Shown here: positions 1 to 11,224 of the stretch, piece by piece
Position numbering within the stretch: position 1 is the stretch's first letter
Layout of the letters: every line of letters starts with the position of its first letter
Source of the DNA: Azolla caroliniana
Taxonomy: Eukaryota > Plantae > Polypodiophyta
NCBI GenBank assembly: GCA_043228905.1
Contig: JBHGNT010000007.1
Coordinates: forward strand, 16,492,001-16,556,000
DNA length: 64,000 nt
Direction: 5' to 3'
Notes under the pieces: model-generated
What the model was told of the DNA's origin: nothing
Databases searched by the model: none
Seen by the model: only the letters and a program-made list of their open reading frames with translations
Program-made: the position numbers and the translations under genes

Positions 1-263
1 ATTTAACAGGCATATGTCCTAGAGGGTGGGTATGCCCTGGCAATCTTGTATGGATGTGGCCATGGTCGCTAAGGTCACACCTGGCGCATGTCCAGCTAGG
101 TAAGACGATATTTAATCACCAATAAGAGATGCATATCACTCCTACCTTTGCCTCTCTTGAAGTGGAAGGAAATCACTGATGTCGATCCTCATACCTTTAA
201 CTATTATCAAGTAGTAAGATATGATGCATGCAAGCATCTTATATCGTTTAATGTATAAAATAC

Positions 264-1432
<1,169 letters not shown>

Positions 1433-1856
1433 ATAACGAGTGTCTCTCTCGTTATCTGTGCTGATTGAAGAAGACTATGGTAGAGGAGCTCGAGCCCTGT
1501 TTCGATAATGGCGATAACCTCAGAGATACCTTGCGATCTGAAGCTTGACTAAGCCCATGGCATTTGAAAGGTCAGATCCTTGATGGGGCCAAGCCATGCC
1601 ATGCCAACACACGGGAGGGGTGGAGGTCATTCATTCAGTGCCAGTGCAGAAGATTCGATTGCAGGCAGGTAGAGGCAGAGGCCAGAGGCAGGGGAGGGAT
1701 GGAGCCTTCTAAACCGACAAAAGACAAAAAAAAATGGAAAAGGATCCATGGATTCGAAGGCTGGCCCGGCCACATGCACACCGGACATCTGATCGGATCG
1801 ATCGGTCCAGATCAAGATGCATCCACCGTGACACCTGACAGAATAATGCTATCCTG

Positions 1857-2131
1857 TAGGAATCGGCAATGCTTCGGTTTCGGCTTAACCAGTTTGGCCT
1901 TGTCCATATTAAACCAGTTTGGAAGTTTTCAAACTTGAACCGAATCACCCGAGTTGGACATACTGATTAGCCTTAGCCGCTTCGTCCCAACCCGGTTTGA
2001 TTCGTCTTGAACCTTGCCAAAGCGAGCTCAATCTCGTTTATGAGGGTCAAGCCTGAACCAAACCACCAAAACCATTCAAAAAAGGGTTAACGGCTCGGCT
2101 TAGGCTTGAACTGAGTCGTTGCCAACTCCTA
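1857..2131. mobile_element. MITE / non-autonomous DNA transposon (hAT-like termini)
   Basis: Imperfect 15-bp TIRs: TAGGAATCGGCAATG on the left, and the reverse complement of the right end is TAGGAGTTGGCAACG. The interior is rich in AACCG/CGGTT motifs. CCTG flanks both sides. Confidence 0.6.
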
Positions 2132-3596
2132 CCTGACATCGCGCCTAACTGCCCCATAGCACCTTGTTTTTTCACTTCTCATTCCCACTCCCATTCGTGG
2201 TCGCCAGCCACACTCGAGACAGATGTGATCTTCTTGACTATTGGCATTACCAAGTGATGTCCATCCCACTACTCATGCTAGAGAATAAGCGTTATTATAT
2301 CTTGTCAAACACGTGCACCTCTTCTTTTCTACTTGGATAGGAAATGATGATGATGATGATGTTTTATGGTTCTTAGAAGGCTGTGAGTGACTTATGTGTT
2401 TAACTTGGGGATGTCACACAATACCACAAGGTGTTATTAATGTGAACAAGCACAAAAAATCCTCTTCACACATGGTAAATGGCGAGAGTAGGTGGGTTAG
2501 TCACTAGGGTTAATAACCTAACCATGAAACTTTATCCATAGTGTTAATGTTAGTTCTTCATGACAAGCCACTAACTTGTATAAATATCCACTCACTCAAG
2601 GGACACTCCATTATGTCAAGCCCCTATTGCAATTGTGTTACCCTTTATCACGAGTGTGTGCGTTGATGCATTCTTTACTTTTTGTGAAATAGGTAACATG
2701 GACTGAGAACTTCTTGTATCAAAGACTTGTACACGGTTGTCCCCTTCACAAATGTTATCTTTGTGACACAACCAATCTCCAAGGGAGAGAAAATATTATT
2801 CAAAGATAGTTGTGATATCGGTATTAATTAGTTTATTACATTTATTGCCTATTTTGGGCACCTTGAAGAAGCATGCAATTGTCCTTAAAAACAAAGTGAA
2901 TCTCTTATGTCTGGGCAAGTGATGGGAGGCTTCTTAAAATTAGGGGGTGAACATCTTTATATGAATGTGAGAATCCAAGATTGGGAAGCTTTTAAAAAAA
3001 AAAATCATGGGTTGGGATATGCATGGGTCGAGACATAGAGAAAAGCAAGATTTTGAAAGCTCTGCCAATTTGAGTCACGAGTTATCCTTTGTACAAAAAA
3101 GTGTTGCTTCTTGAATTAAGCGAACCGCTGCTATCTTGTCGGGATGAATATATGCAATAAAGAGAGGCCTATAAATAGACAATACTTTGATGATGGACAA
3201 GGGGTAGACAACAAGTTAGATGTTAGCCCCGATGTTTACGATGTTTATAATCAAAATGCTTGTTTTATAGTGAACCATTTCTATTTTATATATATGACAA
3301 CGTGCACATCTAAGCTTAACATATACGCATTGTTTTCATAAAAACCTATTCCATACATATTTTTAATCTAACAAAGTTTCTTGTTGACGAATTGAGAGCA
3401 CATGCCCAGGACAAATGTTTGTAACCCAAGTCCGATAAGACCAATTAGAGTCTAAAGAAGTGCTATTATGTTTGTTTTGCATGCCCAAGAGCAACACCCA
3501 AAAACTAGCCTAGTGGGGCATGGAGAGACATGCTTGATGTCCAACAAAGAAGCATGCCCAATTCCACCCACATGAATTGTTCTTCATCTTGTATCA

Positions 3597-3834
3597 TACG
3601 ATCGACAACGGTTTGGTTTTGGCTTAACCGGTTTGGGAGTTTCCAAACCTGAACCGAACCGGTTTAGCCAAGCCAATCAAGCCTTAACCGGCTTGGTAAC
3701 CGGTTTGTCCCAAATCGGTTCGGTTCGTCTCGAGCCATGCCAAACCGATAAAGGAAGCTAATGCCTAAACCGAGCCGAACCTCCAAACCGTTTTAAGAGC
3801 GGTTGAGCGGTTCGGTTTAGGCTTGAGCCGAGCC
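3597..3834. mobile_element. Second, right-truncated copy of the 1857-2131 MITE
   Basis: Shares blocks such as ggcttaacc(a/g)gtttgg, ttcaaac(t/c)tgaaccgaa and taggcttga(a/g)c(t/c)gag. The left TIR is degenerate and the right TIR is missing. Confidence 0.55.
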
Positions 3835-3946
3835 TCCAAACAAACTGTATGCACCAGACAGCAATTTGTGATGGTAGCTGCAAGCATTCTTGCAAGAAGA
3901 AGAAGAAGAAGAAGAGGAAAGCCACAAAACGTGTGGAGTGCGCTAT

Positions 3947-6328
3947 ATGAATGCTGGGAATGTGATCTCTTGGAATGCCCTGATTGCAGAGCATACTAAA
4001 CATGGGAGATCTCATGAAGCTTTGTCCTGTTTTGACAGGATGCAAGGCCAGTGTATCATTCCGAATCCCGTAACGTTTCTTTGCGCCTTGAAGGCCTGTA
4101 GCAGCATTGGAGCTGTTGATAAAGGTAAACAAATACACAATGACGTTGTGAGTAGGAGTCTGTTAGAGAGAAATCATGTGCTTGGTACTGCTTTGGTGGG
4201 GATGTATGCCAAATGTGGAGTACTTGCAAAAGCACGACAAGTGCATGAGGAGCTTCATATTCGAGATGTTGTGTCATGGTCGGCACTCATTGGAGGATAT
4301 GCTCAACATGGTCAAGTTCATGAAGCTTGGGATTGTCTTGAGAACATGCAAGGAGAGGGCCTCTCTCCGAATCATGTTACCTTCCTGTGCATCTTGCAAG
4401 CTTGTGGTCGCACTCGTGCCATCGACAAAGGCAGAAAAGCCCATGATGAGATTGTAAATAGGGGTATTTGGGATAGAAATGCCCTTCTGGGTACTGCATT
4501 AGTGGATATGTATGCCAAAGGTGGGAATCTCGCAGAAGCACAACAAGTGCACAATGAACTGCATGCTCAAAATATAGTCTCTTGGTCTGCATTAATCACA
4601 GGGTACACCCACCATGGGAGAGGCTATGAGGCATTGAAGTGCTTCGAGGACATGCAAGGCCAGGGTCTCACACCAGATGTGATCACTTTTGTTTGCATCT
4701 TAAAGGCGTGTGGCAGTGTAGGAGCTATTGAAAAAGGGGAAAGTATTCATAATCAAATTGTGAGCCAAGGCTTGTTGGAGAAAAGTGTAATGATCGGCAC
4801 AGCATTGGTAGATATGTATGTCAAGTTTGGTCTGCTAGGAAAAGCACAACAAGTACATGAGGAGATTCACGTCCGGGATGCAGTCTCTTGGTCCATATTA
4901 ATCTCAGGGTATGCTCAACATGGGCAAGGTCACGAAGCGCTAAATTTATTTGAACAGATGCGAAGCGAGGGTCTCTTGCCAAATATGGTCACCTATCTTG
5001 GTGTTCTGAAGGCATGTGGTTGTACAGGATCTATCAACAAAGGCAAACAAATCCATGATGAGATTGTGAACAGGCGCTTGTTGATACAAAACAGTATGCT
5101 TGGCACGGCGTTGGTGGATATGTATGCCAAATGTGGCATGCTTTCCAAAGCACAAGAGGTGCATGACAGCCTTCATATAAGAGACATGGTGTCTTATTGT
5201 GCATTAATTGGAGGGTTTGCAGAATATGGGAGGGGTCGTGAAGCCCTGAACTGTTATGCACAGATGGAAGAAGAGGGCTTCTCTCCAGATGTGGTCACAT
5301 TGGTTTACATCTTGAAGACATGTGGAAGCATTGGGGCTATTGTCGAGGGGAAACGCATCCATGATGAAATTGTGAGCAGGAACTTATTAGAGACAAATGT
5401 TGCTCTTGGAGCCGCTTTAGTGGATATGTATGCAAAATGTGGAATGCTTCGACAAGCACAAGAAGAACATGAAAAGCTTAGAGTTCGGGATTTAGTGTCG
5501 TGGAATGCTCTAATAGCTGGTTATATTCAACAAGGGCAAGGTCATGAAGCATTCACTTGTTTCGAGCAGATGCAAGGAGAGTGCCTCTCTCCAAACACGA
5601 TCACATTTCTCTATATCTTGAAGGCTTGTAGCATCATAGGAACTATTAATGAGGGAAAACTGATTCACAATATGATCGCCAGTCATAAAGACGCGCTGGA
5701 GAAAAACACCGTGCTTGGAAGTGCTCTGGTGGATATGTATGCGAGGTGTGGCTCTTTTACAAAGGCACAAGAACTGCATGACAAGCTCACTATACGGAAT
5801 TTAATCTCGTGGTCTGCACTTATTGAAGGGTATGTGCAACAAGGGCATGTTTGTGAGGCACTTAACTGCATCGAACAGATGCAGCGGGAGGGTCTCTCTC
5901 CCGATGCTGTCATCTTCCTGATTTTGTTGAATGCATGTAGTCACTCAGGCCTATTGGATGAGGCTGAAACATGTTTTGGCACTATGATTAGAGAATATGA
6001 CATTAAGCCGACCCTAGAGCACTACACTTGCATGATTGCTGTTTTTGGATGTGCGGGGCACTTTGACAAGGCAATGTCAGTAATGAAGATGATGCCATCT
6101 TCTGATTACCCTGCAATTTGGCTTGCTCTATTAGGTGCTTGTAGAAAATGGGGAAATGTGAAGCTTGGAATGAAGGCTTTTGATCAAGCAGTTCAACTGG
6201 ATAGTGGTGGTACCGCAGCATATGTCCTTATGGCTGATATTTTTGCAGCTTCTGCCATGGAAATGGATGTGGAAAAGATAAATCCTACGGCCGTGAGGTT
6301 GGATGCATTCTTATCATATGAAAACTAG
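3947..6328 (+). CDS. PLS-class pentatricopeptide repeat protein with C-terminal E domain, no DYW (putative organellar RNA-editing specificity factor)
   Basis: Intronless ORF with ~7 repeats of a ~101-aa P-L-S triplet (DVVSWSALIxGYAQHG / PNxVTFLCILKACG / LGTALVDMYAKCG). It continues with HYTCMIAVFGCAGHFDKA and the E-domain WLALLGACRKWGNVKLG...AAYVLMADIFA. The first in-frame ATG is 3947, with an in-frame TAG at 3875. Confidence 0.92.
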   Translation: MNAGNVISWNALIAEHTKHGRSHEALSCFDRMQGQCIIPNPVTFLCALKACSSIGAVDKGKQIHNDVVSRSLLERNHVLGTALVGMYAKCGVLAKARQVHEELHIRDVVSWSALIGGYAQHGQVHEAWDCLENMQGEGLSPNHVTFLCILQACGRTRAIDKGRKAHDEIVNRGIWDRNALLGTALVDMYAKGGNLAEAQQVHNELHAQNIVSWSALITGYTHHGRGYEALKCFEDMQGQGLTPDVITFVCILKACGSVGAIEKGESIHNQIVSQGLLEKSVMIGTALVDMYVKFGLLGKAQQVHEEIHVRDAVSWSILISGYAQHGQGHEALNLFEQMRSEGLLPNMVTYLGVLKACGCTGSINKGKQIHDEIVNRRLLIQNSMLGTALVDMYAKCGMLSKAQEVHDSLHIRDMVSYCALIGGFAEYGRGREALNCYAQMEEEGFSPDVVTLVYILKTCGSIGAIVEGKRIHDEIVSRNLLETNVALGAALVDMYAKCGMLRQAQEEHEKLRVRDLVSWNALIAGYIQQGQGHEAFTCFEQMQGECLSPNTITFLYILKACSIIGTINEGKLIHNMIASHKDALEKNTVLGSALVDMYARCGSFTKAQELHDKLTIRNLISWSALIEGYVQQGHVCEALNCIEQMQREGLSPDAVIFLILLNACSHSGLLDEAETCFGTMIREYDIKPTLEHYTCMIAVFGCAGHFDKAMSVMKMMPSSDYPAIWLALLGACRKWGNVKLGMKAFDQAVQLDSGGTAAYVLMADIFAASAMEMDVEKINPTAVRLDAFLSYEN

Positions 6329-6423
6329 TTTCATATGGCGATATCAATGCACAATACCAAGCTAATGCAAATGCAGATTGTAACGAGAGAATTGTCGGCC
6401 GTATGACAGGCATCTTGACCACT

Positions 6424-6444
6424 AGAGAGAGAGAGAGAGAGAGA
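6424..6444. repeat. (GA)n microsatellite in the PPR 3' region
   Basis: Direct reading of the sequence. Confidence 0.85.
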
Positions 6445-9400
6445 ACAGAATTTGGAGGATCACTGGTCTCTTATTGGTATATATGGGCAATAAACAAAAT
6501 GTTATGTATATTAGCTACAAACTGAGCATACTCTCAACCTTTGGTTTTTCTAGAATCAATGGTGTCTGTGAAGACACATGTGAAATAAAATAACCTGAGC
6601 TGAGTAATCAGAAGTATTGCTCTGCAATGCAGGCATTTTATATTAATGCCATTTGAAATGAAGCATGCGTTCCACGGGTCTGGAACCTTGTTTTGTATAG
6701 TTATATCTTCTCGAGGAAGAAGAAGGGATCATCACCCGCATTGCTTGTAACCCCAATGGGGAAAATACATGGCCCTGACATCAATACAGTAATTACATTC
6801 TTTGCATCAAGTCTTGGAAGAAGGTTGATTTCACAACCATTTATGTATCCTCAACTAACATACTTTATTGTCTTCCAAATACTCATTTTCTCTTAGTAAT
6901 GAGCAACAAGAAACCATAAAGCTTAAGAATGTCGGAAGTTTAAATCTATGTTGACCTTCGTTGGCAAAAAAAGCAAAAAACTCCCATTTCAAGAAAAATA
7001 AAATTGATGCAATATTAGAAGATAATGCTATCATCACTCGTGTTGTAGAAAACCGATTTCAAACAAAATATTTGAAAAGATTTTGTAACATACATAAGAT
7101 ATCATTGTGACGGTTAATTATGTGCAGCTCATTCATGAGTAGCTTGGCAATAAAGAGGGAATGAAAGTAAAATGCAAGTGATTGAGACACAATCTCTTCC
7201 CAATCTCTTGGACCTATATATAAATACAATATAGAAGTGAGGAAAGAGAAAGGGCGGATTATAATTAAGCTTCTTTTGTTGCTAATTATTGTGCAGACTC
7301 ACTCCATTGTGTCATTAATTAAGTAATTAAGCATTTTGTAATTAAAATACGTGCTCAACTAAGATCAACTACCTATGTGTTCGACCACCCATCCTTTTAA
7401 CCTAAACTACCCTTGGGGCCTTACATGTTAACCTATGTGACAAGCATCAAGGGTCAATTCTTAATCAGCCCTCATGCACCCTCCTAGGGGGTCGGATAAG
7501 CTCGAGTAGATTCCATTTATTGGCATTGCTCATTACAACCCATGATAACAATCGTACATGCTAAAGACTTATATGTTAGTATTTTGTATGCACACGAGTG
7601 GCAAGTCCAACTTTATAAACTAAAATTTATGGTTGGCCATTAGGTTGTCAATCACTAATATGTCGGTCTCATAATCATATGGTAGTTCTTACACGAATGC
7701 ATCCCCATGGTATAGAATGGAACCCAACATCTCTCTTAAGCTCTCCTCATGTGGTTGGGTGCCTTACTATATTGACGGTTGGATTATTGGTAGGTTGCAT
7801 TCATGGAGTGGAGAGGCCAAAGTCACATGTGTCTTGATGCCAAAACATCATGTTCCTTGTTCATTAGATGATGGGGCACGTCAATCATACCTTTGTTCAT
7901 TAGTAGCTAGGCAACTAAGGGATCTTAGTTACGCAACATCTCAACTCCAATGGGTAACTTGACCAAACACATAATAGGGAGGTGTACATTTTTTTAGACA
8001 ATTATAACATCGTTTGGTATTTTATGGAGCTCACATCTTACTCATGGCATTCTTCATGAGAACCATCACAAGATAGTCTTGTAAGAGGATATCAGTGTCT
8101 GCTCTCTTGCTAACGAGATGGGTGAGAGTAGATTTCAACAATTCTCAAGCTATTAATAAGTAATATTTACACAAACTACTAAGCAAAGTGTAATTTCTAT
8201 CTTCTACTTAGCACATTCACAAGATTAAACACTTATTTAAACAAAAAGTACTTATTATAAGCACTTCACAACTTAGTCACGCTTAAAAGTACTTATTATA
8301 AGCACAAAAAGCGAGAATACTTAACATTGACCTCAACACTTCATTTATTCCTTCTTTCTCCCTAAATGAACCTACCATTTAAAGGATGTGTTCAAGGGCA
8401 AAACAAGAAGCTAGTCAAAGTTTACACAATTTCAACAACAATTTTTATCATTGTCTTGAAGCATCACACAAGTATATAGTGCATTTTGCTCCCTTTATTA
8501 TCTCCAAATATGAACATTCTCCTTGTGTTCAACCATTCCCTTGATGATAATATTGCGGGTGATGATAGTCATTGACATGGACTTTGATATTGATTCCTTT
8601 TATCTACTAGGTACTCCCAAGAGGACATATAGCTTGTAAGGGCTTTCAAACTCATTTTAGCCATAAGCTAGGAAGTTGGGATGATGGTCTATCTACATTT
8701 GCTTCAATGGCTTTACTAATTCGTGCTTGATATAAGGTATTTTTCAAGCACATCGACAAATTAATGTTTCATTTGTTGCCATTAATAAATAGATTGATGA
8801 TGCTTTGTTACATGCATTAGACTATGGATAAAGAGAGTAAAAAACATTGGTCTTGATGACACCCTTACTCCCATGTGGAGAGTGTCAACCAAATATGCAA
8901 ATGGATGCATCAACTTGACCTTGTAAGTTGTTATGGAAATCCATGTACTTCAATTCCACATTTGTTCTCCATGTAAATTGTCATCACTAGTCGATACATC
9001 CACATGATGTCATCGTTACTTTCCCTCTTTTTTGCAACCAAAGTGCGACATGGTTGTCAAAAAGTTTTTTCCCTCTTTTCTCTCCGTTTGATACGTAAAG
9101 TAGAAGTGATTGATTAGGCACACAAGCAACAATGTCAAAAAGTCGTGTCACTTGTGTAAGTAAGTTCACAAAAAATTAATAGGTTCGGTTGCATATTCTA
9201 GTGTGTGTCAACTTACAAATACCTAGAGGCTAATAACAATTATATTGATCTTATCAAAAGTCAATAGACATGCTCTATATATGCTTTTGAACTACCATCA
9301 TTACTATTGAAATCGGTTGCTAACAAGACAATAACAATACTTGGAAATTGTTATTCAAGCCTTCCTTATAATATAACTGATGGAATCTACAAAATCACCT

Positions 9401-9750
9401 ATGTACCTTATATACGATGCTTAAATTTAGTATTCATCCATCGAGGAAAGTTACGCTAACTTTGTGTTACATCTTTATATAATACACCCAACCAATTTTT
9501 CTGCATGTAATTTCACCGATTTATGCTTGCCATTAGCAAAGTGCAAAGCCAAACATTGTGTAATATATGTGGTCGACCATAATAAGGTTCAACAAACTCA
9601 CAACCTTTGGATTTGGAGTCTAGCTCACTAGACTACATGATCGATGCTAAGTTTTTGTGGGCCTACCATAGAATGTCAACCCAAATCCACCCTAAAAGCA
9701 TATGTTTATTATAGCAACAAAAACTTATTTTGTGGTGGAGAAGAAAACAT

Positions 9751-9776
9751 GGGGGGGGGGGGGGGGGGGGGGGGGG
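9751..9776 (+). repeat. 26-nt poly-G tract (G-quadruplex capable) ~580 bp upstream of the SOUL ATG
   Basis: Direct reading of the sequence. Confidence 0.85.
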
Positions 9777-10196
9777 TGATGTGTCCTTTTGGCATGAACA
9801 AGCCATCCACTACACATATTATTCGTGCATCTATCCTATAGATGGTTTTATGGTATGTTCTCAAAACTAGGCTTCTCAGCCACAAAGAAGTTGCCTCTTT
9901 GGCAAGGCAAAAAGTGTCTGCTCTCTCCGAGGAGGCCGACGCTTAACTAGATTCCACTATGGATGTTGACATATGATGAAAGGAGCCGATCCGATCCATG
10001 GACAAAGCATATCATTACTTGATGCCTACACAATTCAAGACGTGTACAGATCCGACGAGAAGACTCTGACCAACCGATGAAGTGTGCCCCTCACGTTTTG
10101 ACACTATTCTTGTAGATACATATACACACACACTTATATAGTCTTTCTTTAGTTATGTATAAATAGAGAAGAGACAGACAGAAAGAGGCACTAAAG

Positions 10197-10325
10197 AAAA
10201 CAGAGGAATTGGAGAGAAGAGACACAGATAGAGGCACTAATCGAAAACAGAGGAATTGGAGAGAAGAGACACAGACAGAGACACTAATCAGAAACAGAGG
10301 ATTTGGAGAGAAGAGACACAGACTG
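10197..10325 (+). repeat. Three tandem ~42-48 bp purine-rich repeats in the SOUL 5' leader
   Basis: AAACAGAGGA(A/T)TTGGAGAGAAGAGACACAGA occurs three times, separated by CACTAA-containing spacers. Confidence 0.85.
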
Positions 10326-10360
10326 TGTGAGACAACACAGAAGTGTGAGTCAGAGAGATA

Positions 10361-11224
10361 ATGGGAAGCTTGCTGGGCAAGATCTCTGAGGAGACTCCGA
10401 AGTACAGAGTTCTGACTGGCCATGCTGGCCCCTTCCAGATCAGAGAGTATAGCTCCAACATTGTCGCAGAGGTGACCTACGATGCGTCGGGCAACAACCG
10501 AGGCGGAGGCTTCATGATCCTCGCGAATTACATTGGAGCTCTTGGTAACCCTAGGAATGTCAAAGCCGGAGCCGCGAATGAAGGACAGGTTGCAGAGGCC
10601 ATCGCCATGACTGCCCCTGTCTTGATGTTGAAAGAGAAAAAAGAAGAAGGGGCCCCAGAAACAATCGCCATGACAGCCCCTGTCTTGACGATGAAAGAGA
10701 AAAAGGAAGAAGAAGTGGTCTCCGAAACGATTGCCATGACTGCCCCTGTCTTGTTGACGAAAGACGAAAAGGAAGAGGTTGCAGAGACGATCGCCATGAC
10801 TGCACCTGTTTTGGTGACGAAAGAGGAAGATGATACTCATGAGAAACGTACAGCCACTCAGCCTTCTGACGCCGATGCTTCTTCTGTTGATCTGGTAAAG
10901 GAAGGGCAGACTGAAGCTGAGAAGAAGAGCTCAATGATGACTATGCAATTTGTTTTGCCCTCCAAGTACACATCTTTAGGACAAGTCCCTCGCCCCATTG
11001 ATCCTCGTGTTCGCATTAGAGAAGTGCCCCCCAGAAAGTATGGCGTGGTCACGTTTAATGGGATTGCTAATGAGAAGGTGGAGGAGAAAAAAGTTGCAAG
11101 CCTAAGAGAGGCGCTTCATGTGGCAGGGTTCAAGGTCACTGGCCCACACATTTTGGCTCAGTATAATCCTCCTTGGACCATCCCCTTCCTCCGCACCAAT
11201 GAAGTTATGCTCCCCATTGAATGA
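10361..11224 (+). CDS. SOUL/heme-binding protein (HBP) family protein
   Basis: 287-aa intronless ORF with the SOUL motifs MGSLLGKISEETPKY, GFMILANYIG, IAMTAPV (x4), MQFVLPSKY and AQYNPPWTIPFLRTNEVMLPIE. Confidence 0.93.
   Translation: MGSLLGKISEETPKYRVLTGHAGPFQIREYSSNIVAEVTYDASGNNRGGGFMILANYIGALGNPRNVKAGAANEGQVAEAIAMTAPVLMLKEKKEEGAPETIAMTAPVLTMKEKKEEEVVSETIAMTAPVLLTKDEKEEVAETIAMTAPVLVTKEEDDTHEKRTATQPSDADASSVDLVKEGQTEAEKKSSMMTMQFVLPSKYTSLGQVPRPIDPRVRIREVPPRKYGVVTFNGIANEKVEEKKVASLREALHVAGFKVTGPHILAQYNPPWTIPFLRTNEVMLPIE

Noticed and set aside
2830-2935. Faint PPR-like string (AYFGHLEEAC)
   Set aside because: A single short motif with no supporting frame.
7100-9600. Possible degraded retroelement (KHID-like string near 8750, LTR-like AT-rich segment near 8120-8340)
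   Set aside because: The similarity is too weak and fragmentary to call without a search.
10091-10840. 249-aa antisense ORF over the SOUL gene
   Set aside because: It is a shadow of the repeated sense codons and the purine-rich leader repeats.
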